This document shows, one piece after another, positions 1 to 8,841 of a stretch of 64,000 nt of DNA. Source of the DNA: an uncultured Verrucomicrobia subdivision 3 bacterium (GTDB taxonomy: Bacteria; Verrucomicrobiota; Verrucomicrobiia; Limisphaerales; UBA11358); assembly GCA_903875465.1 (NCBI GenBank), contig CAIQWB010000114.1, positions 36,472 to 100,471 on the forward strand, given 5' to 3'. The position numbers were made by a program, and so were the translations under genes. Under the pieces are notes generated by a model that saw nothing but the letters and a program-made list of their open reading frames with translations, had not been told where the DNA came from and searched no databases. The stretch's first letter is position 1. Every line of letters starts with the position of its first letter.

Positions 1-2241
1 AGCTTGCGGATCGTCCTCGATCCCGAACACACAGGTGTTGGTCCAGAACGCACTGTGGCTGAGGGCCTCCACGATCTGGCCGAAGGCGAGGTCGTTGTCG
101 GCCACGTGGGCGGCGGGCGTGGGGGAACCGGATTTGGCGCCATCGGTATGGTCGTTGGGCAGCCAAATGAGAATCAAGTTGGGCATTTTGCCGGCGGCCT
201 CAAATTGATGGAGTGAAGCAATGAATTGCCGGGCCCGCCAGACATCCGGCACATCCAGGTCCCAGCCAATGGTATTGGTCATCATGTTTGGCCGCAGCGC
301 CTCAATATCCGGTTCGCAAGCGTAGGCAATGGCGTTGCTGCCAGAGAGGAAGTCGCGATAACAGTCCAGGAATTTGGGTTCTTTCTTGCGGGCGGGATCC
401 TTCCACTTTTTGGTGGCGGTGGTGTATTCGCCAAAATCGGCGATGGTCCGGCCATGCGCGGCGGCATCATCCCAAATGAATCCCGCCGGGGACCAGGCCA
501 GCGCATCCTTGCCCGAGTCGCCCGACCCACCGGCCGGATAGGTGCGGGGCCAGCCGGCAAACGAGCGTTCCACATAATCAGTGGCCATGGCACTGTCTGC
601 CCAATTGTGACCGTCGGCGCTCAACACCCCGGAACAATAGGTGTTGTCCAGAAGCACAAACTGATTTACGAAGGCGTGCTGGTTGGGGGTAACATTTGCC
701 CCAAAGGTGCAGAGTTGGGCGCTACCATTGCCCGCGGCGATGTCACCGAAGACCTGGTCATAAGTCCGATTTTCCTTGATGACATAAATCACGTGTTCAA
801 AGACGCTCGGTTCCCCCACGCGCAGGGGCACGGGTTGCGCGGGCTGGCCGGGCCGGGCCGGGAGCTTCGCCTCGGCGAGCAGCGGATAGCGTACATTGGC
901 CAGGGCAGTGGCGGTGGCGGTGGCAAGTTGGGTTTTGTCGGGCAGCGGGATCAAGGACAGCGAGCCGGCATGCTGCTTGGTGTTGAATTCCAAGACACCC
1001 TTGTCGCCCAACTTACCCTTGGTGAGGCCTTTGATATTGGCCACATATAATTGCGAGCGCCGGTCATCCACCGCCACCCCCGCGGGAAACCAGCCAGTGG
1101 GAATCAAGCCGAGTAACTGCGAGTCACCGGCTTTGAATTTGATCACGCCCACGGCATTCTGGGTACCGTTGCAGACGTAGAGTTTTTTGCCGGAGCGATC
1201 AAACGCCAGGGCATTCGGCTGCGCGCCGAACAAATCCCCCGGGTTCTGCCGCGTGCTGATGGTTTCCACAATTGTATCGTTCCGGGTGTCCAAAACGGTC
1301 AAATTATCGCTGCCGGCGTTCGCCGCCACCACATAATGGCCGTTCGGCGAAACGGCCAGGGCGCAGGTGTGCAGGCCAGTCACGATTTCCGTCTGGTTCG
1401 TGGTGGTCAGATGAATGATCGAGATCGAGCCTTCCCGGGCAATGGACCGGTCATCCACGCGGACGCGGGTGCCATGCCCGGCCGTGGCCGTGAGGCTGTC
1501 GTCGGCCGGGCGGCGTCCGCCCCAGTTGCTCACATAAACCTTGTCCCCGGCCAAAGCCACGCCAAAGGGGGCCACGCCCACCGCCCACAACCGCAATACC
1601 TTGCCGGTGGTGGTGTCCAGTTCCGCCAATTGATTCGAGAGATTGAGGGCCACATACAACTTCCGGCCATCCCGTGACACGGCGAGGCCCGCCGCGATGT
1701 CCGCTGGGCGATCACCAACTTTGGCCGGCGGCAGCGCAAAGGTGGCGCTGGGCGTGACCTTTCCATCCGCTGCCACGGCGAATACCTTCACATTGCCATT
1801 CACATTGGCCACAAAAATGCGCGTGCCATCCGGGGAAAAAATCAAGCCGGTGTAACTGATCTGGGCTTTTTCATCCGGATCGAGAATGGGTGCCAGGCCC
1901 GGGAGGCTGCCCAAAAGGCGGTCCGCGGGAAATGCCACGCGCTGGAGGACGAGTGCGGTGGCGGGATTGATCACCACCAATTCATGGGTGAGCCCGGAGG
2001 TCACCAGCAGTTTGCCATCCGGGCTTAAGGCAACTGCCGTGGGCCGCATGCCGGGTAATTCCAGCAGCGTGCCGGCGGGTGTGAGCCGCTGGTTCACGGG
2101 GGTTACCACGCCATTAGTGCCGTGGCCGACAGTTTCCGTGGTGGCGTTAAAATCCTGGGCCAATGCCGGGGGAGCCACGGCAATGAGCTGACCGGCGGCC
2201 AGCAGCAGAACGGATAGTTGAAACCCAATAGTCCTTTTCAT
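1..2241 (-). CDS. Secreted beta-propeller (YncE/YVTN-like) fused to a phosphoesterase-family (phospholipase C / acid phosphatase type) domain. The 3' end runs off the window.
   Basis: My own translation from the ATG at 2241..2239 gives MKRTIGFQLSVLLLAAGQLIAVAPPALAQD (signal peptide). The frame stays open for 747 codons to position 1, so the ORF is missing from the track. Blade motifs recur: SPDGKLLVTS, SPDGTRIFVAN, SRDGRKLYVAL, SPNGHYVVAAN, RSGKKLYVCN. These are followed by HVIYVIKENRTYDQVFGD, a phosphoesterase-family signature. Confidence 0.75.
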   Translation of the reverse strand, partial: MKRTIGFQLSVLLLAAGQLIAVAPPALAQDFNATTETVGHGTNGVVTPVNQRLTPAGTLLELPGMRPTAVALSPDGKLLVTSGLTHELVVINPATALVLQRVAFPADRLLGSLPGLAPILDPDEKAQISYTGLIFSPDGTRIFVANVNGNVKVFAVAADGKVTPSATFALPPAKVGDRPADIAAGLAVSRDGRKLYVALNLSNQLAELDTTTGKVLRLWAVGVAPFGVALAGDKVYVSNWGGRRPADDSLTATAGHGTRVRVDDRSIAREGSISIIHLTTTNQTEIVTGLHTCALAVSPNGHYVVAANAGSDNLTVLDTRNDTIVETISTRQNPGDLFGAQPNALAFDRSGKKLYVCNGTQNAVGVIKFKAGDSQLLGLIPTGWFPAGVAVDDRRSQLYVANIKGLTKGKLGDKGVLEFNTKQHAGSLSLIPLPDKTQLATATATALANVRYPLLAEAKLPARPGQPAQPVPLRVGEPSVFEHVIYVIKENRTYDQVFGDIAAGNGSAQLCTFGANVTPNQHAFVNQFVLLDNTYCSGVLSADGHNWADSAMATDYVERSFAGWPRTYPAGGSGDSGKDALAWSPAGFIWDDAAAHGRTIADFGEYTTATKKWKDPARKKEPKFLDCYRDFLSGSNAIAYACEPDIEALRPNMMTNTIGWDLDVPDVWRARQFIASLHQFEAAGKMPNLILIWLPNDHTDGAKSGSPTPAAHVADNDLAFGQIVEALSHSAFWTNTCVFGIEDDPQA

Positions 2242-2336
2242 GGCGTCTAAAATGCCCGGAATACAGCACCGAGGGCAAGTCACGTTATGGTGAAAACCCG
2301 GACCGACGCGCTCCCCCGATTATGTTGCCGTGCAGA

Positions 2337-4487
2337 CTAATCGCGGCGGCGATATTCAGAGATGGCCGCCCGCCACCAAGGGGAGAGAGTCTCGCCGGAA
2401 CGCTGCCAGGCTTGCTGGTGAAGACGCACCATGACGGCCTGATCGGCCAGCACCAATAAACGTTCGCTGGCGGTGAGTTTGTCCGGTCCTTCCAAGAGGA
2501 GTTTTTCGCCCAGGACACGGACGCGGTCGCTGCCAACGCCGAGCAACTGGCCTTCCTCGGCATAGACGGGGTTGAGGAGTTTTTCGCGCAACAAGGAAAC
2601 GTGAATGGCGTTGACGTAAGGATCCAACACGGCATCCGCGACCCCGGTGTGGGAGCGAGCGGGGCCTGGGGCGCCTTCGGTCAGTTCGTGAATTTTCATG
2701 CGGGCGCGCAACGAAACAATTTCCGGAGGTGGACCGGTTTCCTCCGGGGTGAGGAACAGGCCCAGACTCCGGGCGCGCAAGCCCAGGCTGCGCCGGCTCG
2801 TGAGCACACTGACCGGCACGGAAAGCACCATGCCAGCCAAGACCGGGGTAAACCACCAAAACAAAGCGGGGCTTAGCACCCACATAAACCAGCCCCATAA
2901 CACCCCGACGAGCACATGGCCCCATTGCCGCTGGATGGCATAGAGCCAGGCGGTACCATCGGCGGCCCGCTTCTGGGTGGTCCAGCCAACGGAAATGCCG
3001 AGAAGATTGGTGACGACGAACCGGGTGTGCCAGAGCATCAGCATCGGGGCGTGCAGGGTGGAAAAGACGGTTTCCCAAATCACTCCAGTGGTGGTGCGGG
3101 CAAGTCCGCCATAAGCGCGGCGGCGTTTGGAATCGTAGGCCAGGTCAATGAGGGCGAGGACTTTTGGCAGCATGATGACAATCATGCAAATCAGGAAGAC
3201 GAGGAAGGCATGCGCGGTACCGCTGATACCATGCAGATAGGGGGTAAAGGCCGGCACGGTGATATCGGACAGACCGGAATTATCGTGCGCCCAGCGAATC
3301 CAATTGAACGCCAGCAGAAAAGCGAGCCAGAGCGGGCCGGCCAGGTAGCCGCAGATGCCGAGGATCAAATGCAGGCGGCTCACGCCGCGCAGGCCCTTGG
3401 TGAAGAGAACCAGGGTGTGCTGGAGATTGCCCTGGCACCAGCGCCGTTCGCGCTGGGCGTTATCGACGAGCGCCTGGGGGGCCTCCTCGTAGCTGCCCTC
3501 GAGATCGTAGGCGAACCAGACTTCCCAATTTTCGCGGAGCAGCAGGGCGGCCTCGACGAAATCGTGACTCAGGATCTGGCCGCCAAAAGGTTTGCGCCCG
3601 GGGAGTTGCGGCAGATCGCAAAACTGCATGAAGGGCTCGGTGCGGATGATGGCGTTATGCCCCCAGTAATTGCCGAAGTCCAGCGCCCAATAATTCAGGC
3701 CGGCGATGAACACCGGGGCATAGAGACGGTTGGCAAATTGTTGAATGCGGCCGAAGAGCGACTCCGCATTTACCAAGGCGGGCACGGTCTGGATCAGGCC
3801 GACGGTGGGATGGACTTCCATCAATTTGACGAGGTCCACCAAGGTCTCGCCCCGGAGCACACTATCGGCATCGGCACAAATAAAATAGCGGTACCGGCGG
3901 CCCCAAGTATTGAGAAAGTCGCGGACGTTGCCACTTTTACGGGCTTCATTGACGAGGCGGCGGCGGTAATAAATGCGGCCGAGGGCATCGAGCTCGCGAA
4001 TCAAATCATACCAGCGGCGCTCCTCCTCCACCCAGTTGTCGGGGCTGGTGGAGTCGCTGAGGATAAAAAAGTCAAAACGTTCCAACTGACCGGTCTTTTC
4101 GAGAGATTCGTAGGTGGCCCGGAGCCCCTCGTAGACGCGGACCACGTTCTCATTGTAAATGGGGAAAATGATGGCGGTGCTGATGCCGTCGATGGGCTGT
4201 TCCTTGAACGGTTTAAGATTGGTAATGCGACGGCGGTCCCCAAACATGCGGAGAAAAAAGCCAAAGACCCCGTGCACGCAGCCAATGGCGGCAAACAAAA
4301 AGAGGATGACGAACAGGACGAGGAGGATGGTGCAGGCGGTGGACCAGCCGGTGCGCCAGAGGAGGTCGGCAAAGATCAGGGAAACGATCCCAGTGGGCAG
4401 CAGCGCGCAAGAATAGAAAATAAACACCCGCCAACCGCGCGGACGGCGCGGCAAACCAGCCTCGAATTTGGGACATATGCCAGACAT
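2337..4487 (-). CDS. opgH: Glucans biosynthesis glucosyltransferase H (GT2, OpgH/MdoH)
   Basis: 716 aa with multiple TM segments. Hallmark stretch: QILSHDFVEAALLLRENWEVWFAYDLEGSYEEAPQALVDNAQRERRWCQGNLQH. ATG start at 4487. Confidence 0.95.
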   Translation of the reverse strand: MSGICPKFEAGLPRRPRGWRVFIFYSCALLPTGIVSLIFADLLWRTGWSTACTILLVLFVILFLFAAIGCVHGVFGFFLRMFGDRRRITNLKPFKEQPIDGISTAIIFPIYNENVVRVYEGLRATYESLEKTGQLERFDFFILSDSTSPDNWVEEERRWYDLIRELDALGRIYYRRRLVNEARKSGNVRDFLNTWGRRYRYFICADADSVLRGETLVDLVKLMEVHPTVGLIQTVPALVNAESLFGRIQQFANRLYAPVFIAGLNYWALDFGNYWGHNAIIRTEPFMQFCDLPQLPGRKPFGGQILSHDFVEAALLLRENWEVWFAYDLEGSYEEAPQALVDNAQRERRWCQGNLQHTLVLFTKGLRGVSRLHLILGICGYLAGPLWLAFLLAFNWIRWAHDNSGLSDITVPAFTPYLHGISGTAHAFLVFLICMIVIMLPKVLALIDLAYDSKRRRAYGGLARTTTGVIWETVFSTLHAPMLMLWHTRFVVTNLLGISVGWTTQKRAADGTAWLYAIQRQWGHVLVGVLWGWFMWVLSPALFWWFTPVLAGMVLSVPVSVLTSRRSLGLRARSLGLFLTPEETGPPPEIVSLRARMKIHELTEGAPGPARSHTGVADAVLDPYVNAIHVSLLREKLLNPVYAEEGQLLGVGSDRVRVLGEKLLLEGPDKLTASERLLVLADQAVMVRLHQQAWQRSGETLSPWWRAAISEYRRRD

Positions 4488-4489
4488 GG

Positions 4490-5089
4490 TCAGTGCGGCT
4501 GCATGTGGGTGAAGAGAAATATCCCAATCAAGAGCAGCGCGAACAGGCTCCAGGCCAAGATCATGCGGAAATAAGGCATGCGACCGAGATTACCCAAGCT
4601 GGTGAGCGGACCGAGATCCAGGGGCCGCGGGGTCATTTTGGAAAGCTGGAAATCGGGACCGGCGCGCAAAAACGTTTCGCGCATGGCCTCGGTAAACTCC
4701 TCAGGCCAGGGCCCGGGACGCAGGAACTGGTCCTGCCATTTGCCGGGCATGTCCGCCAGCAGCAAGGCGAGCCGGCCGCGGGTGGAGAGCATTTGGTCGG
4801 CGTTGGTGGGCGGTACTTGCAAGACCTCCGCAAACCATTCGGTAACGATGTGATCCATTTCCTCGGCAACCAACTGGGTGGCGGTGCGGCCAGTTTCGGC
4901 CGGGGCGCGTTTTTGCGCCCGCTCGAGGACGCGCAGGCAAAGCTGGCCGAGCAACGGACGGTTGCGGATGCGGAGCGCATTAAAATAGCTCTCCACTTTC
5001 GCATACGCATCATTCCATTCTTCCAGCGGCCGGCCGGCAAGTTGCCCGGCGCGATCCGGTAAAATTTGGGGGTTCAAGGCGGGCTCCAT
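4490..5089 (-). CDS. Hypothetical tail-anchored protein (single C-terminal TM) encoded between opgG and opgH
   Basis: About 199-203 aa, starting at ATG 5089 or GTG 5101. The ORF overlaps the opgG stop (5074) and ends 2 nt before the opgH ATG. The C-terminus MILAWSLFALLLIGIFLF is hydrophobic. I recognise no domain. Confidence 0.55.
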   Translation of the reverse strand: MEPALNPQILPDRAGQLAGRPLEEWNDAYAKVESYFNALRIRNRPLLGQLCLRVLERAQKRAPAETGRTATQLVAEEMDHIVTEWFAEVLQVPPTNADQMLSTRGRLALLLADMPGKWQDQFLRPGPWPEEFTEAMRETFLRAGPDFQLSKMTPRPLDLGPLTSLGNLGRMPYFRMILAWSLFALLLIGIFLFTHMQPH

Positions 5090-6639
5090 TGGTACGTCCA
5101 CGTTTCGCTCAACGCGTTCGTACCGTTTTGCAGGGTGCAGCGCAAATCCACGGGGTCGGGGTTGCCCGGCTTGGGCTGCATTTTCAAAATCACGCGCCAG
5201 GTGCCCAGTTCGGGACAGCGCACGACCTGGTTGTTTAAGATAACCGCATTGTCACTGCAATTGGCAATGGACTGCGGGGGGTTGCTTTCGGGCAAGACAT
5301 CCAGTTTGGGGCCGGCGAAATCGATGATAAACTGGCGGCAGTCCTGGCAGCTGAGATCCCGCCCCACGCGGGTGGACACGGCCTTGTTGTCAGAAAGCTT
5401 GAAATCATTCTCGGTGGTCCAGTAAAGCGTGTAGCCAAAATGGAAGGGCTGGAGCGGTTCGGGTTTTTTCTTGGGATCCCAAAAGGCGACGATGTTGTCG
5501 AGACCTTCAAAGGCCGAGCTGAGGGAAACCAAATGCAAGCTGCCCGCGCCCCAGGAACCATGGGGTTCCACCCAGACGCTGGGTTCCAGATGGTAGAGGT
5601 TGAAGCTGTCCTGGTAGGCGGAAAAAGCGCGTTCCCGCTGCATCAGCCCAAAACCGCGGATGTTGGCGGCGTTGAAGATTTGGTGGCGCATGACCGTGGG
5701 ATTGTCAAGGGGACGCCAGAGCGTTTCCCCATTGCCCATGCGCATGAGCAGGCCATCACTGTCGTGCACCTCAGAACGGTAATCATCCGGCTTGCGCTCG
5801 GAATTTTTACCAAACCAGAACATGCTGGTCAGCGGGGCGAGGCCGAGCGTTTTGATGGGGTACTGGCCGGGGCTGACGGCTTTGATTTTGGCGGTTTCAC
5901 GGAGATAGACCACGGCATCGATGCGGGCGACGGTGGTCTCACCCGGACGAATCAAAAACTCGTAAGCACCGACGGCACTGACGCTGTCCAGAATGGCGAA
6001 GAGGCGCAGTTCAGTGTCGTCATGGGAGGGTTTGCCCAGCCACCAGTCGGTAAAGATGGGGAATTCCTCCGGCTGGCCGTTCTCGCCACAGTTGATTGCC
6101 AGACCGCGGGCGGAAAGACCGTAGCGCTGGTTTTTGCCGAGCAAGCGAAAGTAGCTGGCCCCCAAGAATGCCCCCAGTTCATCGAACTGGTTGGTTTGAT
6201 TGAGGGCGTAGAGCACCCGAAAACCGGCATAGCCCGTATTCGCGGGAATTTGGTTCTGAATGTGCAGGCCGCCGTAATCGAAGAAATCCTGCACGAAGCG
6301 AATGGGCTGCACGTGAGTGAGGGTGAACTCGTAGGTGCGGATGGGTTCCTGGTACAAATAACCGGGGTGGAAAAATTCAACGCGGAAGGGGGCATCGGCG
6401 GCGGTCCACAGCGCCTTGTCCCGGCGAAAACGGATTTCGCGGTACTTGTCGTAGTCCAAACGGTCCTGCCGCAGGACCGGGGGCAAATCTTCGCGGGGAG
6501 AATGGAAGGGGGAGCGCGCCCGCTCCAAAGCGCGGCTGGCGACGTAGTCCAAATTTACCTCGGCAGACTCCGCGCCGGCTCTGAAACCGGCAGCCAGAAT
6601 CACCATTACCAACAAAAACCAGTTACCAAGTCGGCACAT
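5074..6639 (-). CDS. opgG: Periplasmic glucan biosynthesis protein OpgG/MdoG family
   Basis: The track ORF is 614 aa. I prefer the ATG at 6639 (MCRLGNWFLLVMVILAAGFRAGAESAEV, a signal peptide), which gives 521 aa. Conserved OpgG-like core: FRVEFFHPGYLY...FDELGAFLGASYFRLLGKNQRYGLSARGLAINCG. Confidence 0.9.
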   Translation of the reverse strand: MCRLGNWFLLVMVILAAGFRAGAESAEVNLDYVASRALERARSPFHSPREDLPPVLRQDRLDYDKYREIRFRRDKALWTAADAPFRVEFFHPGYLYQEPIRTYEFTLTHVQPIRFVQDFFDYGGLHIQNQIPANTGYAGFRVLYALNQTNQFDELGAFLGASYFRLLGKNQRYGLSARGLAINCGENGQPEEFPIFTDWWLGKPSHDDTELRLFAILDSVSAVGAYEFLIRPGETTVARIDAVVYLRETAKIKAVSPGQYPIKTLGLAPLTSMFWFGKNSERKPDDYRSEVHDSDGLLMRMGNGETLWRPLDNPTVMRHQIFNAANIRGFGLMQRERAFSAYQDSFNLYHLEPSVWVEPHGSWGAGSLHLVSLSSAFEGLDNIVAFWDPKKKPEPLQPFHFGYTLYWTTENDFKLSDNKAVSTRVGRDLSCQDCRQFIIDFAGPKLDVLPESNPPQSIANCSDNAVILNNQVVRCPELGTWRVILKMQPKPGNPDPVDLRCTLQNGTNALSETWTYQWSPP

Positions 6640-6952
6640 CCCTCTTATGAAACCTGAAAAGCGGGGAATTTGCAAGTTTAGGTGCAAGCCCTCAAGCTGG
6701 ACCCCTTTGGCTACTTGCTCGCTGACCAGGGAGTTTGTCTGGGCGGCGGCCACGGTTTCCGCGTGCCAGGTGGTACTTTGCAAGATCGTTCGCGATGTCA
6801 GGAACTGGGCCCGCCGGCAAAATCGTGCTTCTCCAGAGCCATTTTTCCGCGAGCGTTGCGCCTGCTTGCAGCGGCGAAACGTCCACGACAGACAGTGGAG
6901 AAAGGTAATTGGGTGCACCTTTGCGCCGGTTTGTTTTAAACTGGCGTTGAAT

Positions 6953-8596
6953 ATGAAATTCCCGCTAATTCAAATTGGCTTGGGCGCGGCGGCCGCATGG
7001 CTGGTGACCGCTGGGTTGACAAGCCGGGCCGATGACACGGCGTCATCGTCGACTATTACCGAGCAATCCGAGGGGTTGCACGGCTACATTGCTTATGGCC
7101 ACGAACTTTGTCCGCCGCATTCCGCTTTCACAGCCGGTGGCGGATTTTATTCCGCGGTCTGGTCTTTGGTGGACCAGCCGCTGGCGCATTTCCAAATTGG
7201 ACTGCCCGGCACGTGGATTTTACCCGACAATGCCGACGACCATGACACCCCGCTCGCGCCGGCGGGCACGCTGGCCCGCCATTGGAAGGAGCGCGGCCCG
7301 ACTTGGGACAGTGTTTTCCAAACCGTGGAAGGCGGGTTGGGCTACTGGGCGGGCAATCATTTCCGCTACGGCCCGCCGAAATTCAGCATGAATGGCACCC
7401 CGCAAGCCTACGATTATGAAGTGGGCTCGCCCGGCTGGTCTTTTTTTTATAGCAATGAAGCGCTCCCGGATAATCGGCTCGGCATCGCGCAATTGAGCAA
7501 TCGCCTGCTGATTCCGCCCGATGCGCTGCCTTTCCGGGGCCATCCGAATGGCGAATTTCTGGGCTATACCTGGATGGCCCTGCCCTTCACCGACCCCGGC
7601 ACCAACGATCCCCCCACGGGTGACCAAAGCTGGACCTGCTTTCTGGCCGCCGCCAATTTCAAAGGTCCGATCGCCTTTTACATTCCGGAAACGTGGAGCA
7701 AAATGGCCACGCTATTTCGGGACCCGTATCTCCACGGCCGGGGACTCGATGCGCGCCCGGGAGTCATTGGCGGTGGGGCGATGGAAATTAACACGGTGCC
7801 GCGATTCGCCGCGCCGGATGCGCAAGGCACGGTCTACACGAAATTGCCCCAACTGCGTTTCCCCGTGGACGCCCAGGGCCGCGCCTACCTCGTGCAGGAT
7901 GTAACCTATTATTCCAAAGCCGCGCTCTTCGATGCATTCCAGTTGTGGCGCGCGGGCGGCCCCGCCTGTTCTGGCAGCTTTAATACCAATGGCGCCTGGA
8001 AACCGAAGCTCACCACGCACACCACGGGCTATGACCAGGCCGGGCTGAAAATCACCGGCGTGGAGCGCGTGTTCGACACCCGGATTTTCGCGGGAAACAT
8101 TTGGGGACTGCAATGGTTCACCAACGAGGTCAGTCCGCCCGGTCTGTTTCCGCAATATTTCAAACGCGCGGGCGGGGAGTGCGTGCCGGTGGCGGCGGCG
8201 GCGGTGCCAGCGGAAACACACTTGCCAAGGCAGGAATTCAGGCTGGCCCCGGCGGGTCTGCCCTACACGTCGCCCGCCACCGGCGCGTGGACCAATCCTG
8301 GCCCCAAACGCGGCCCCTGCACCGCCCGCCTCGCGGACGGTTCGGTGGTGACGTACTCTTGGTATCGTTTCGTCGACCAGCCGTCGTTCCAGCAATACCC
8401 TTGGAGCGCGGATAAGAAGGCCAAACTCCAGGCATTGGTGGAAAAGCTGCACGCGAACTGGCCAATTGACCGGGATTACATGGCCCCGCCCACCAGCGGC
8501 AAACTGGTGGCCCTGGATGACGCGCTGATCGTGACGCCGCCCGCCGGTTTGGAAGTGGGCTATGTGCCGATTGTCACCCGCCAGAGCGCGCCTTAA
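6953..8596 (+). CDS. Hypothetical secreted protein, no domain recognised
   Basis: The ATG at 6953 gives MKFPLIQIGLGAAAAWLVTAGLTSRADD (signal peptide). The track start at 6647 would overlap the opgG upstream region. About 547 aa, W/Y/P-rich. Confidence 0.6.
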   Translation: MKFPLIQIGLGAAAAWLVTAGLTSRADDTASSSTITEQSEGLHGYIAYGHELCPPHSAFTAGGGFYSAVWSLVDQPLAHFQIGLPGTWILPDNADDHDTPLAPAGTLARHWKERGPTWDSVFQTVEGGLGYWAGNHFRYGPPKFSMNGTPQAYDYEVGSPGWSFFYSNEALPDNRLGIAQLSNRLLIPPDALPFRGHPNGEFLGYTWMALPFTDPGTNDPPTGDQSWTCFLAAANFKGPIAFYIPETWSKMATLFRDPYLHGRGLDARPGVIGGGAMEINTVPRFAAPDAQGTVYTKLPQLRFPVDAQGRAYLVQDVTYYSKAALFDAFQLWRAGGPACSGSFNTNGAWKPKLTTHTTGYDQAGLKITGVERVFDTRIFAGNIWGLQWFTNEVSPPGLFPQYFKRAGGECVPVAAAAVPAETHLPRQEFRLAPAGLPYTSPATGAWTNPGPKRGPCTARLADGSVVTYSWYRFVDQPSFQQYPWSADKKAKLQALVEKLHANWPIDRDYMAPPTSGKLVALDDALIVTPPAGLEVGYVPIVTRQSAP

Positions 8597-8841
8597 GCGG
8601 ACCGGAATTTTCCGCCGGCAGGAGCACGTTTGAGGGCGCGATTAATTCGGTGCGGCTAAAGCAGTCCCCCGAAAAGTGAACGGGTCAAGAGAAACGCTGG
8701 GCACGGCCGTGGTCACCCACAAGCCTGAATTTTTTGGCGGTTCGGTCAGGTATGGAAACACGTAAGCGATCCCGGCAATGAGCCCCCCGGGCCGGTTTGC
8801 AGGAACCGCTTAATTAATGCCCTTTGCGTTCCAAGCCCCCT

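Noticed and set aside
2916-4574. 552-aa plus-strand ORF covering the whole opgH locus
   Set aside because: It is antisense to a gene with unmistakable OpgH motifs. Its translation is G/A/E/D/Q-rich low complexity with no motifs, a typical shadow ORF of a high-GC gene.
6669-6692. tttgcaagtttaggtgcaagcc upstream of opgG as a minus-strand sigma-54 promoter
   Set aside because: The reverse complement gives TTGCAC...CTTGCA. The essential GG of the -24 box is absent and the spacing is off by one. It is just a short direct repeat.
6640-6952. N-terminal extensions of both the opgG ORF (to 6918) and the 6647 ORF, which would overlap each other on opposite strands
   Set aside because: Both proteins have a canonical signal peptide starting at an internal ATG (6639 and 6953). 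The extensions are mutually exclusive and have atypical composition.
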